This document shows, piece by piece, positions 1-10,112 of a DNA stretch of 64,000 nt. This stretch comes from Bacteroidota bacterium (GTDB taxonomy: Bacteria; Bacteroidota; Bacteroidia; NS11-12g; UBA955): NCBI GenBank assembly GCA_027488835.1, contig JAIYAW010000006.1, positions 556-64,555 of the forward strand. The letters run 5' to 3'. Every line of letters starts with the position of its first letter. The stretch's first letter is position 1. The position numbers and the translations under genes were made by a program. The notes under the pieces were generated by a model that saw only the letters and a program-made list of their open reading frames with translations, ran no database searches and had not been told where the DNA came from.

Positions 1-746
1 ATATTGCCAATAGTGGAATGTGCAGCAGAAGAGAGGCAGATTCGATGATTGAGCAAGGTTTGGTTAAAATAAATGGCGAGGTTGTAACTGAATTGGGTTG
101 TAAAGTAATGCCAAAAGACGAAGTTAAAGTGGATGGCAAAAGAATTGTTCCAGAACAACCCGTTTATATTATTTTGAATAAACCTAAAGGTTATATTACA
201 ACTACGAGTGATCCAGAAGGCCGTGATACTGTTATTGATTTAATTGATTTACCAGGCAAAGAAAGAATTTATCCGGTAGGTCGTTTGGATAGAAATACGA
301 CGGGTGTTTTATTGTTAACGAATGATGGTGAATTTGCCCAAAAATTGACACATCCTAGTTTTGAAATCAAGAAAGTTTATAGAGTTACACTTGATAAAAA
401 ACCTACAAAAGACCATATGTTGGCTTGGGTTGAAGGAGTTGAGTTGGAAGATGGATTTATGTCCTTTGAGCAAGTTGGATGGGTTGAAGAAGATGAAGAA
501 ACAGTATTGGGTGTAGAAATTCACAGCGGAAGGAACAGAATTGTTCGTAGGATGTTTGAACATTTTGGATATGAAGTTGCTGGATTAGATAGGGTTTTGT
601 TTGGTGAGTTTGACAAGATAAAGTTAGGCAGAAGCAAATGGCGATTCTTAACTGAGAAAGAAATTTCGTATGTAGAAAGATTGAAGCGTAAAGAACCAAA
701 AAAACCGGTGGATTTATCAAAAGTTGCCCCGGAAACTTGGGAATAA
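1..746 (+). CDS. RsuA/RluB-family rRNA pseudouridine synthase (5' end upstream of window)
   Basis: S4 domain (CSRREADSMIEQGLVKINGEV) followed by the catalytic GRLDRNTTGVLLLTNDGE motif. The frame is open back to base 3, so the N-terminus is outside the window. Confidence 0.9.
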   Translation, partial: IANSGMCSRREADSMIEQGLVKINGEVVTELGCKVMPKDEVKVDGKRIVPEQPVYIILNKPKGYITTTSDPEGRDTVIDLIDLPGKERIYPVGRLDRNTTGVLLLTNDGEFAQKLTHPSFEIKKVYRVTLDKKPTKDHMLAWVEGVELEDGFMSFEQVGWVEEDEETVLGVEIHSGRNRIVRRMFEHFGYEVAGLDRVLFGEFDKIKLGRSKWRFLTEKEISYVERLKRKEPKKPVDLSKVAPETWE

Positions 747-758
747 ATCTTTAAAGAG

Positions 759-766
759 TAAATTTG
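759..766 (+). promoter_or_regulatory. -7 box TAAATTTG for purD, 4 nt before GTG 771
   Basis: Exact match to the Bacteroidota TAnnTTTG consensus. Spacing is identical to the SRP RNA promoter-to-5'-end spacing. Confidence 0.5.
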
Positions 767-770
767 CTTT

Positions 771-2072
771 GTGAATATACTTTTATTAGGATCTGGTGGT
801 AGAGAGCATGCTTTTTCGCGTGCTATCAATCAGAGTGCACATATTTCGAGATTATATATTGCACCTGGCAATGCTGGTACTTCAAATTGTGGTGAAAACG
901 TTGATTTAAATCCATTAAAATTGGATGAGGTTTATTCATTTTGTATTGAAAATAAAATTGATTTGCTTGTACCTGGTAATGAAGATCCATTGGTTGCAGG
1001 TATTTTTGATTTCATAGAGTCAAAAAATATTGAATTTGGAACTTCAATAAAAGTAGCCGGTCCAAATAAGTTTTGCTCACAATTAGAGGGAAGTAAAGAT
1101 TTTGCAAAAGCGTTTATGGTTAAGAATGCAATTCCAACCGCTTTGTATAAAACGTTTGATGCTGAGAATATTCATGAATCTGCAGATTACTTAAAAACGT
1201 TAGATCCACCTTACGTTTTAAAAGCGGATGGTTTGGCGGCAGGTAAGGGAGTAATTATTACTTCCAACTTTGAAGAGGCTGTTGATACTTTAAATGAAAT
1301 GATATTAGGGGGGATGTTTGGGTCTGCCTCAAAATCAGTTGTTATTGAAGAATTTTTAGATGGAATTGAAATTTCTGTATTCGCCATTGGCGATGGAGAA
1401 AATTATAGAATTTTGGCATCTGCCAAAGATTACAAAAGAATTTTTGATGGCGATTTAGGTCCAAACACAGGTGGAATGGGCGCAATAAGTCCAGTGCCAT
1501 TTGCCGACGATATTTTTATGTCGAAAGTTGAAAATGAAATCATCAAACCTACTTTTGAAGGATTAAGGAAAGAAGGAAATCCATTCAAAGGATTTTTGTT
1601 TTTGGGATTAATGAATGTTGCTGGTCAGCCAAAAGTTATTGAATACAATGTGAGAATGGGGGATCCAGAAACGGAGGCCATCTTCCCTCGTTTAAAAACG
1701 GATATGGTTGACATGTTATTGGCTATTGCCGGTGGCGGCGTTGATCAATTGGCATTGGAAATTGATGTTAGAACAGCGGCTACTATATTTTTGGTTTCTG
1801 GAGGATATCCGGGAGATATTGAGAAGGGTAAAATAATTCATATTGACGAATTCAAGATAAACGAAAATCAATTTGTTTATCATGCTGGGACAAAATTGAA
1901 TAACGGAGAAATTCTTACCAATGGAGGTAGGGTTATTGCTGTAACTTCTTTAAATACTGATATTCAATCTGCATTAAATGATTCAAATGAATTGGCGGAT
2001 TCTATTAATTTCGATGGAAAATTTTATCGGAGAGATATTGGATTAGATTTGTTGAGGTATGAAAATGAATGA
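771..2072 (+). CDS. purD: Phosphoribosylamine--glycine ligase
   Basis: N-terminus MNILLLGSGGREHAF, ATP-grasp core, and YNVRMGDPETE near the C-terminal domain. GTG start, 433 aa (typical length). Confidence 0.95.
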   Translation: MNILLLGSGGREHAFSRAINQSAHISRLYIAPGNAGTSNCGENVDLNPLKLDEVYSFCIENKIDLLVPGNEDPLVAGIFDFIESKNIEFGTSIKVAGPNKFCSQLEGSKDFAKAFMVKNAIPTALYKTFDAENIHESADYLKTLDPPYVLKADGLAAGKGVIITSNFEEAVDTLNEMILGGMFGSASKSVVIEEFLDGIEISVFAIGDGENYRILASAKDYKRIFDGDLGPNTGGMGAISPVPFADDIFMSKVENEIIKPTFEGLRKEGNPFKGFLFLGLMNVAGQPKVIEYNVRMGDPETEAIFPRLKTDMVDMLLAIAGGGVDQLALEIDVRTAATIFLVSGGYPGDIEKGKIIHIDEFKINENQFVYHAGTKLNNGEILTNGGRVIAVTSLNTDIQSALNDSNELADSINFDGKFYRRDIGLDLLRYENE

Positions 2073-2664
2073 ATTTGATAATCAAATCAACAAACGGATG
2101 AAACCACCTGCAAGGAAAATGTTGAATTTGTTTTTGAGGGGGTTGTTGGTAGTCTTACCAATTGCATTGACGGTGAGTATATTGATCTGGGTTTTGCAAA
2201 TAATAGGTTCATTCTTGCATCTAGATAAACTGAGTTTTGGAGCCATTGTTTTATATTTAATTTTGGGTATTTTGTCCATCACTTTTATTGGCAAATTCAC
2301 AGAGGGTGTAGTTGCAAAACAAATTTTAGAATTTTTTGAAGGAATTATTGAAAAGGCACCTGGATTAAATTGGATTTTTGGTACTACAAAAGACATGACA
2401 CAGGCATTTGTAGGTGAAAATAAAAAATTCACCATAGCGGTGAAAGTTGAAATTTCTGACAATGTCTACAGAATTGGATTTTTAACTCAAAAAGAAATGG
2501 ATGAGTTTGGAATGCCAGGGTTTTGTGCGGTTTATTTCCCCAATAGCTACGCTATATCTGGGGAAATCCTTGTTGTTCGTAAGGAAAAAGTTGTGAAATT
2601 GGATATTGATTCTGGAGAAATTACCAAGTTTATTCTAAGCGGTGGTGTCACAGAAATGAAATAG
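2059..2664 (+). CDS. DUF502-like membrane protein
   Basis: 201 aa with two N-terminal TM helices then a soluble domain. Overlaps the purD stop by 14 nt. Family call rests on architecture only. Confidence 0.65.
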   Translation: MKMNEFDNQINKRMKPPARKMLNLFLRGLLVVLPIALTVSILIWVLQIIGSFLHLDKLSFGAIVLYLILGILSITFIGKFTEGVVAKQILEFFEGIIEKAPGLNWIFGTTKDMTQAFVGENKKFTIAVKVEISDNVYRIGFLTQKEMDEFGMPGFCAVYFPNSYAISGEILVVRKEKVVKLDIDSGEITKFILSGGVTEMK

Positions 2665-2736
2665 TGCATTTCTTTGGGGATAATTTTTACGGCAAACATT
2701 CGTTAATCTATTAAATCAAACCTTAATTCGCATGAT

Positions 2737-3450
2737 ATGATGTTTTTACTTAACATTTTACTACAAGCTGCCAATGCTGCAGCAGTAAATGAACCAGTTG
2801 CAGGTCAAAAGCCAGCAACCGTAGAGCATGTTTCTGCACCAATATTGGAAATGATGGCTAAAGGTGGCTTCGTAATGGGGCTATTGGGCTTTTGCTTAAT
2901 TCTTTCGATTTACTTTATGGTGGAACGTTTGATTTACCTAAAGAATCGAGCGAAAATTGACGATAATTTGATTAATGTAATCAAAGATAATTTGAGAGAG
3001 AACAGGCCAGATGCTGCTTTGGCATACTGCGATAGGGTTCCAACTGCACAAGCTCAAATGATTTCAACTGGTTTGCGTTTTTTGGGTAGCAACATGAGAG
3101 AAATTGAAAGTGCCATGGAAACCAAAGCAAGCGTTGAATTGAGTGCGATGGAAAGTAATTTAACCTATTTAAGTCTGATTTCAAGAATTGCACCAATGTT
3201 GGGTTTCGTAGGAACCATTTGGGGCGTAATTAATATATTTTATTCAATTGCTCAGTCGAATGATTTAAGTATTGCTTCTATTTCTGAAGGTTTGTATGTC
3301 AAAATGGTAGCTAGTTTCGCCGGTTTGGTAGTGGGAATTATTTCTTTCTTGGGATATCAGTTATTCATGAGAAGAATTGATAGGTTTGCAGAAAGATTGC
3401 AAGAGCAAAGCTTGAATTTACTTGAAGTATTAACAAAGTCTAATATTTAA
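2737..3450 (+). CDS. MotA/TolQ/ExbB proton-channel family protein
   Basis: 237 aa with three TM segments and the conserved C-terminal channel region (APMLGFVGTIWGVI..., EGLYVKMVASFAGLVVG). Followed by ExbD. Confidence 0.85.
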   Translation: MMFLLNILLQAANAAAVNEPVAGQKPATVEHVSAPILEMMAKGGFVMGLLGFCLILSIYFMVERLIYLKNRAKIDDNLINVIKDNLRENRPDAALAYCDRVPTAQAQMISTGLRFLGSNMREIESAMETKASVELSAMESNLTYLSLISRIAPMLGFVGTIWGVINIFYSIAQSNDLSIASISEGLYVKMVASFAGLVVGIISFLGYQLFMRRIDRFAERLQEQSLNLLEVLTKSNI

Positions 3451-3455
3451 GGCTT

Positions 3456-3908
3456 ATGAAACTCGGACGCCGTAAAAGGGAAGAGGCAGAAGTTGAATCA
3501 TCGTCGTTAAGTGACATCATGTTTTTCTTGATGTTGTTCTTCTTGATTGCAAGTACGCTTGCTAATCCGAACGTAATTAAAATTATGTTGCCACAAGCAA
3601 AAACAACGTCAACAGTACAAACAAAACCATTTATTTTAACGGTAAAGTTTGATGAAAATGATGCAACCAAAACTCAAGTGTTATACTTTATCGACAGTGA
3701 AAAAGAACCAGTTGGGTTAACCGTATTAACAGATAGATTAACGAAAAGAAGAGATCAATCTTTTGATGCTGCAAATCCTGACAATAGATTAAATGTAGTA
3801 TTGCGTTTGGATAAAGCATTAACAATACAACAAATGGTTGATGTAATGGAAATTGGTGCTAATTTGGGCATTAGAATGGTTCTTGCAACCGACAAAACAA
3901 GACAATAA
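3456..3908 (+). CDS. ExbD/TolR biopolymer transport protein
   Basis: 150 aa. N-terminal charged stretch, a single TM (SLSDIMFFLMLFFLIAS) and a periplasmic domain. Lies 5 nt after the ExbB-like gene. Confidence 0.85.
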   Translation: MKLGRRKREEAEVESSSLSDIMFFLMLFFLIASTLANPNVIKIMLPQAKTTSTVQTKPFILTVKFDENDATKTQVLYFIDSEKEPVGLTVLTDRLTKRRDQSFDAANPDNRLNVVLRLDKALTIQQMVDVMEIGANLGIRMVLATDKTRQ

Positions 3909-5122
3909 TGAAAAAAAGGCTTATTTACATAGGCCTTTTTTTTTGGCTTTTATTTTTCAGTCAATTTGCAAAAGCAGAATCAATCAGTTTTGACACTTCC
4001 CATTTAGTTAAGGATCAAACAGAAATTAGCCATAGTTTAGAAAATTCAGATTTATATAAAAACAGGATTACCAATCACTTATCGGTTGGCTTGATGAAAG
4101 GTTTTTTAATGCCTCACCATGAAGATATGCAACACATGTATGCCCATATTCAAGGGTTACAATTGCAATATTTATCTTCTGATTTGACATGGCCAAATAA
4201 TAAAAATTCGAACGAGAATAACATTCAGTATTCTCAACGATTGGGTTTTGTACTTTCGGCAATAGAATTGGGTACAAATATTTCGGGAAAAGCTTATTCT
4301 GGAGGATTACTTATTTCTTCTGATTTGATCAGCAATCGGGGTAAAGAAATTAACTGGAGAAGTAGCTTGAAATTTGCTTTGGGTTTGGGTTATTTAACTC
4401 AGAGTTATGATGCTGTAGTTAACCGTGAGAATAGAGCTATCGGAAGTCATATCAACGGTTATATGCAATTGGGCTTAGATATTGAAAAGAAGGTCTATAA
4501 AAATTCTATGGTTTTTTTAGAGTTTGGGTTGGCTCACTTTTCAAATGCTTGTTGGAAATTCCCAAATCTAGGAGTGAATTTGCCTTATTTGCAAATTGGA
4601 ATTGGCTACCCAATAAATTTATATCCCTCATCAAAAAAATTAGACAAAAAGAAGATATTGAATCAACAATTATCGATTTTGCCATGGCGAAAATCTGTGT
4701 CGATCCGTTTAGGTAAGAAGGAAATTGATTTGGATGATAACAGGGAGTTTATGAATGGGGTTGTGGAGTTTACACTAGAAAATTGGATAAGTAAAAAAAG
4801 TAATTTCAGATATAGTGTATCATACTTTCACGACAGAACCTATCAGTTTAATAAATTCAAGAAAATGCCCAATTACAGTTTTGCGGGAACTTCTGAATTT
4901 GCAGTTTCTGCGGGTTACGAAACGAGATTTGGTAGTTGGGGTATTATAACAGATTTTGGTATTTATTTATACAAGCCCGATTTTAAGAAGAAAACGGCGT
5001 ATTATGAGGGAATTGGGTGCAGTTATGTCATTAATTCAAATTACAAAGCCGTAGTGCGGTTAAAAGCCAACAAAACGATAGCTGACTTTGCCGAGTTTGG
5101 ATTGACTTATCTTTTTAATTAA
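3908..5122 (+). CDS. Outer-membrane protein, acyloxyacyl hydrolase / PagL-like (tentative)
   Basis: Signal peptide (FSQFAKA-ES), a beta-strand-rich sequence and a GLAHFSNA motif resembling the PagL His-x-Ser-Asn site. The start overlaps the exbD stop (TAATG). Confidence 0.5.
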   Translation: MKKRLIYIGLFFWLLFFSQFAKAESISFDTSHLVKDQTEISHSLENSDLYKNRITNHLSVGLMKGFLMPHHEDMQHMYAHIQGLQLQYLSSDLTWPNNKNSNENNIQYSQRLGFVLSAIELGTNISGKAYSGGLLISSDLISNRGKEINWRSSLKFALGLGYLTQSYDAVVNRENRAIGSHINGYMQLGLDIEKKVYKNSMVFLEFGLAHFSNACWKFPNLGVNLPYLQIGIGYPINLYPSSKKLDKKKILNQQLSILPWRKSVSIRLGKKEIDLDDNREFMNGVVEFTLENWISKKSNFRYSVSYFHDRTYQFNKFKKMPNYSFAGTSEFAVSAGYETRFGSWGIITDFGIYLYKPDFKKKTAYYEGIGCSYVINSNYKAVVRLKANKTIADFAEFGLTYLFN

Positions 5123-6377
5123 TCCTATTGCCAATAAGATACTTTAAGTATATCCCTGTTGAAAAGGCAAATAATTTCTGCTCTATATGATAAATAGGTT
5201 CAACGCGTATATCTAATTTGAAATCAGACGTATTCGGCAAATAAAATACTTTTTCAAATTGATATCTCAACATGATAAATTCTCTTTTTCTAGATTGCAA
5301 GTAGGGTTTTCCTTGGAGTTCGCTGATAAATAGCGGAGCTCCTAATGGACTATAAAACTCAACTGCTTTGTAATAAGTTGCTACAATTCTATGTTGTGAA
5401 TAATCTTTTTGGGAGAAGAAATAGGTTAAGTTTGTCATAGAACCTTGGCCATTTTTGAAAGCATGATTTAAGGTTGGGGAAGGGTCGTTTGAAACAAGAT
5501 AAAATGATTCAACTCTAAAGTGTTTCGATTTATCACTCAATCGTATTCCAAACGATGCATTTATAGAAGTTTGTATTCTTTGAGGGATATTTAATGCTTC
5601 GCCACCTTGGTGGTAAACCAGAAGCGAAGATGGCAGAGAAATTGAAAACGGATATTTTGAACTATCAATCAGATGGATGTTTAGTGTTTGACCAAAGGAT
5701 ATAATTTCTTGTTGGGATGTGGCAATTTTCGCAAATTGGCGCCAATCAACCCAGGTTTGATAGTTGAAAAATTTGTTTTCGGTGTAATATTGAAGTCCGT
5801 ATTCTAAAGGTTTGGTAAATACATTTTCATAATTATATACGGGTTCAATGAGGTAGTGATTTGAATTACCTAAAATTGTACCTGCAATTATTTGAGAGTT
5901 TTTCGTTTTGTATTCAATGTTGAAAATGGGTAAAGTTTTACTAGGGAATTTGTTGTCGCCAAAATCGTATTGTAATAAAAGTCCTAAGCTTCCAGATAAG
6001 TTTTGGGTGAAATAATTTTTCCCTCCAAACCACATTTGATTGCCAAAGAAAGTTTGACCAGGATTATTATTTTCACCGTATTCATTATTTTTAGAATACA
6101 TCAAATTCCCGAAACTGAATCCGCTTTTATAAATCCGTACTTCTGTATTTTGAGGTTTTGAATTCTTAATTTTCTCATAATTTATAGAATCATCTTCAGC
6201 ATCAATAGTAGTGTCTATAATAACAGTATCTATTGGTTTGAAATCGTTTTGCGATTTCAAGTAGGTTAAATCGGTTTGACGTTTAAAAATAGAATTGTCG
6301 AGCTGAGCCGCGGCAGAATTAAGTCCCCCAAAAAGAAAAATGAAAACAATAAAATTATTCCTATGGGTTAAAATCAT
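5115..6377 (-). CDS. Hypothetical outer-membrane beta-barrel protein
   Basis: 420 aa, signal peptide ending AAAQ, and alternating aromatic/polar beta-strand pattern throughout. Last gene of the MsbA-like/TPR operon. Confidence 0.6.
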   Translation of the reverse strand: MILTHRNNFIVFIFLFGGLNSAAAQLDNSIFKRQTDLTYLKSQNDFKPIDTVIIDTTIDAEDDSINYEKIKNSKPQNTEVRIYKSGFSFGNLMYSKNNEYGENNNPGQTFFGNQMWFGGKNYFTQNLSGSLGLLLQYDFGDNKFPSKTLPIFNIEYKTKNSQIIAGTILGNSNHYLIEPVYNYENVFTKPLEYGLQYYTENKFFNYQTWVDWRQFAKIATSQQEIISFGQTLNIHLIDSSKYPFSISLPSSLLVYHQGGEALNIPQRIQTSINASFGIRLSDKSKHFRVESFYLVSNDPSPTLNHAFKNGQGSMTNLTYFFSQKDYSQHRIVATYYKAVEFYSPLGAPLFISELQGKPYLQSRKREFIMLRYQFEKVFYLPNTSDFKLDIRVEPIYHIEQKLFAFSTGIYLKYLIGNRIN

Positions 6378-6389
6378 ATTGCAAATAAC

Positions 6390-8192
6390 TTAAAAACCAC
6401 GCAGTTTTCTAAATTCTTTTCTTGCTTCGGTAATAAAAATGCTATTTGAATGATTTTCAATAATTTTCTTATAACATTCAATTGCTTTTTCTAATTTTTT
6501 CAATTTGTATTGATAGAGGTTTCCCAGAGCAATAAGTGCATTGTCCGCTAAAATATCATGAGAAAAGGCAACGGCTAATGTTTCGTATGTATCAATGGCC
6601 TTTTCATAATTTTCTTGGCTTTCGTAAATTCTTGCTTTTAAAAGCAATATTTCATCTGTCAAGCTATGGCCTTGAAAGTCATTTCTAATTTTTTCGGCAT
6701 AGAAAATGGCGCTGTCAAATCTATTTTGTCTTTGAAACAAAAGTGCCTTAGAGTAAAGCTGAAGTGGTGTGTAATTACTGTCGGTGCCAACATTGTCGGT
6801 TATGCATAATGCCAATTCCATAGCATCATTAGAAATTAATTGGGTTGTTGCATCTTTTAACACATCCAATTGCATTGAGGCCCAATCATAATCTCCACGA
6901 AAGAAACTTAATTCAGCTCTGTAAAACTTTGCTTGTTGCCCTAAAGCTTCTTCAGAAAAATCCTTTTCAACTTGAGCCAAAAGCAATTCGCTTTTCCACA
7001 TTTCATTGTTTGCGATTTCTGCTTTGGCCAAAGAAATTTTTGCATTTGCCATGACTTTTTTGTCGAGTGATTTGTTGTTCACATACTTTTGCAACATGCC
7101 AACTGCTTCGGTTGGATTGTTTTTACGCTGTATATAAATATTAGCTAAATTTTGAGCAATTGGCAGAGTTTCTAACGTTGGTCCGTTTTCAATTTCAAAC
7201 TTTGTAAGTTCAAGTACAAGTTGATTCCATTCTTCGGGTGAAGTAACTGATTTGCTCAATATTTGAAACTTGGTATTCAGATAATATGACATAACCAAAT
7301 TTGGGTCGTGGCTATTTTGTCCTAGTTTTACGCAATAATCAAAACACTTTAATGCGATATCAAATTCGTTGTTGGAAGCACATAAAATTCCTAAATCAAA
7401 CAATCTTTTGCCATCTTCGTTTAGCTTAGAATCGATAGTCTTGGTAAATATGTATGCACTATTCCAATCTTGTTGTTTAATAAAAGACCACTTTAACCAC
7501 TCGTTTAATGAGTATACGTTTGGATTTTCTTGAATTTTAATTATCAAAAGTTGTTGCAAAGCAACAAAGTCGGCGCTATCTGTAATATTGGATTCAAAGA
7601 CTTGTTTAAATTGTTCAAAGGGTATGTTACTCTGAATCATCAAAGTTAAATACCTTTCCATTGCCTTGATTCGCTGTCCGTTTGTTAAATATAAGTTTGC
7701 CAATCGGTTGGTAATATCGGATGTTGAACCAAATATATTTTCACCCTCTTGAAGCAGTTTTATTGCGAAGTCATTGAGATTGTGTTGTTCAAATAAATCA
7801 GCTGCCAACATGAGCGTTCCATAATCATTTTTGATTTTTTCGCTGATAAAATCAAATAGTTTTATGCTTTCGTTTTCTGTGTTTTTATCAGTGCTCAAAA
7901 CCCAACATTCATCAACCATGTAATTCAATGGATCCCGCTGTTTTTTTGCTTTTTTTCGAATAAATTTTATCGCCTTTTTTTGGTTATTTGTTTTTACTAA
8001 GCAATGAACATACCTATCATGAAAAATTTGCTGGTCTGGATTTTCAGCAGTTAAATCTTCATAAATGATTGTGGCTTTTTCATATTCATTTTGTTCAAAT
8101 AAATTATTTGCTAAGTCAATTTTATTTTGTGAACTAGCAATATTTGCCCAGAAGAAGAGCGTTACAAAAAGGATATATAATTTTAACCGCAT
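6390..8192 (-). CDS. Secreted tetratricopeptide-repeat protein
   Basis: 600 aa with a signal peptide (WANIASSQ) and many TPR-like helical repeats (e.g. YEKAIDTYETLA, FDSAIFYAEKI). The start overlaps the upstream ABC gene stop by 1 nt. Confidence 0.75.
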   Translation of the reverse strand: MRLKLYILFVTLFFWANIASSQNKIDLANNLFEQNEYEKATIIYEDLTAENPDQQIFHDRYVHCLVKTNNQKKAIKFIRKKAKKQRDPLNYMVDECWVLSTDKNTENESIKLFDFISEKIKNDYGTLMLAADLFEQHNLNDFAIKLLQEGENIFGSTSDITNRLANLYLTNGQRIKAMERYLTLMIQSNIPFEQFKQVFESNITDSADFVALQQLLIIKIQENPNVYSLNEWLKWSFIKQQDWNSAYIFTKTIDSKLNEDGKRLFDLGILCASNNEFDIALKCFDYCVKLGQNSHDPNLVMSYYLNTKFQILSKSVTSPEEWNQLVLELTKFEIENGPTLETLPIAQNLANIYIQRKNNPTEAVGMLQKYVNNKSLDKKVMANAKISLAKAEIANNEMWKSELLLAQVEKDFSEEALGQQAKFYRAELSFFRGDYDWASMQLDVLKDATTQLISNDAMELALCITDNVGTDSNYTPLQLYSKALLFQRQNRFDSAIFYAEKIRNDFQGHSLTDEILLLKARIYESQENYEKAIDTYETLAVAFSHDILADNALIALGNLYQYKLKKLEKAIECYKKIIENHSNSIFITEARKEFRKLRGF

Positions 8193-10021
8193 TAATTTTC
8201 GCTAAAATAGTCAGAAGGGTCTATTTGTCTTTCAATCATATTTTTATAAATGCCATTTTCAATTGTCATTAATTCATGGTGATTTCCATTTTCGATGATT
8301 TTGCCACTTCTAATTACAAGAATACTATCGGCATAGCGAATTGTACTTAATCTGTGAGCAATAACAATTGAAGTTCTGTTTTTCATCAACTCTGCCAATG
8401 CTTTTTGAACTTCAAATTCGCTTTCTGAATCAAGTGCAGAAGTAGCTTCGTCTAGAATCAATATTTTTGGATTTCTAATAATTGCCCTTGCAATTGCAAT
8501 TCTTTGTTTCTGTCCACCTGAAAGTTTCATCCCTCTATCGCCAACTAGTGTTTCGAATTTTTCAGGGAAATCATTGATGAAATTAATGGCATTTGCTTTG
8601 GTTGCTGCATCTAAAACATCTTCCATAGTTGCCTCTGGATTTCCGTATAGTATATTTTCATAAATGCTACCACCAAAAAGGACGACTTCTTGAGGAACAT
8701 AGGCGAAGTTCTTTCTGTAATCAATTAAACTTATATCGTTGATGTTTAAATTACCTAGGTTGATTTTTCCATGAGTAGGTTTGTAAAATTGGTAAATCAA
8801 ACTGGCAATTGTGCTTTTACCGGAACCACTTGGTCCAACCAATGCAATCGTTTTACCTGGTTCTAAGGTTAATGAAATGTCTTTTAAAACGATATTTTCT
8901 GGTCTTGAGGGATATGAGAATTCTATATTTTCAAATACGATTGGTTGATTAAAATCAGGTAAATTATTTGAGTTATTTGACTCAATTGGCATTTCAATGA
9001 TATCAAGAACTCTTTCTACAGCTCCCAATGTTTTTTGAATTTGTACAAATTGTTCTGCCATTCCACCAATGCTGCCACCAACAAAGGCAGTTAATAGCAT
9101 AAAGTTGAATAATTCTCCAATACCTAGTTCGCCGGCTTGAACGAGTCCAAGTCCCTTAAATATTAAAAATACAATACTTCCAAAAAGGCAAACAATAATA
9201 AATGAGCTAAAAGCGCCTCTCCAATATCCTCTAATAACACTTTCTTTTTGAAGTGTAAATGCATTTTTTATGTAGCGGGTGTGTTCAAAAAGTTCATTGG
9301 TGTAGGCTTTCACATTGATTATGCCGGTAATAGATTCTTCAACAATAATATTATTCTGAGCTGTTAAATCTTGGACTTCTCTTGAAATTTTACGGATGAA
9401 TTTACCAAAAATCAATGCCACCACGATAATTACCGGAACGGTTGCAAGCATATAGACCGCAAGTTGCGGTGAGGTCTTGAATATTAAAAAAACCCCTCCA
9501 ATCATGACTAATATCTGTCTGATAAACATAGCGATATTGGTTGTAAACGTATCTTGGATTTGAGAAATATCTGAACTAAAACGTGACAATAAGTCACCCA
9601 CTCTGTTTTTTGAGTGAAAGTCCATGTTCTGACTTATTACTGATTTGAAAAGACTAGTTCGCAAAGAGAAGGTCATATTTTCGGTAACCTTAACATAAAG
9701 GGCAATTCTTAAAAAGCTGAAAACGGCTTGGATAATAAAAAGATAAATAAACCAGTTTGCAACTTGAGTTATTTTATCCATTGATGGAGCGGTTGAAACA
9801 GAACCTTGTTTATAAACGAATACTCCATCCATCATATTTCCCAATAATTTTGGAAATAAAATTGAGGCGCCCGCGGTAATTGCTAAAAAAAGGGTACCCA
9901 ATAAAAAGAGCCACTTATTGGTTGTTGAAATATAATTAAACAAGCGAAATGCACGTTTGATTGCGCCCATACTAATTTTGGTTTTTGGAATATCTCTGTC
10001 TTCAAATCGTCTTGATGCCAT
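8192..10021 (-). CDS. ABC exporter, fused permease/ATPase (MsbA-like)
   Basis: Six-TM N-terminal domain, Walker A GPSGSGKST, signature LSGGQKQR and Walker B ILILDEATSALD. 609 aa. Confidence 0.9.
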   Translation of the reverse strand: MASRRFEDRDIPKTKISMGAIKRAFRLFNYISTTNKWLFLLGTLFLAITAGASILFPKLLGNMMDGVFVYKQGSVSTAPSMDKITQVANWFIYLFIIQAVFSFLRIALYVKVTENMTFSLRTSLFKSVISQNMDFHSKNRVGDLLSRFSSDISQIQDTFTTNIAMFIRQILVMIGGVFLIFKTSPQLAVYMLATVPVIIVVALIFGKFIRKISREVQDLTAQNNIIVEESITGIINVKAYTNELFEHTRYIKNAFTLQKESVIRGYWRGAFSSFIIVCLFGSIVFLIFKGLGLVQAGELGIGELFNFMLLTAFVGGSIGGMAEQFVQIQKTLGAVERVLDIIEMPIESNNSNNLPDFNQPIVFENIEFSYPSRPENIVLKDISLTLEPGKTIALVGPSGSGKSTIASLIYQFYKPTHGKINLGNLNINDISLIDYRKNFAYVPQEVVLFGGSIYENILYGNPEATMEDVLDAATKANAINFINDFPEKFETLVGDRGMKLSGGQKQRIAIARAIIRNPKILILDEATSALDSESEFEVQKALAELMKNRTSIVIAHRLSTIRYADSILVIRSGKIIENGNHHELMTIENGIYKNMIERQIDPSDYFSEN

Positions 10022-10112
10022 ACTTAAAAATACAAATTTCGGTGTTTATTTTAATTCGTGGGGGGAATTGGTAAAAAAGTTGTCTTAAATAGATGAAATA
10101 TTCGATAAAAGC

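Noticed and set aside
3908-3945. Terminator-like element AAAAAAAGGC-loop-GCCTTTTTTTTT immediately after the exbD stop.
   Set aside because: Only 3 G:C pairs and a 12-nt loop. It lies inside a good signal-peptide coding sequence (MKKRLIYIGLFFWLLFF), whose Lys and Phe codons explain the A and T runs. At most it is a weak attenuator.
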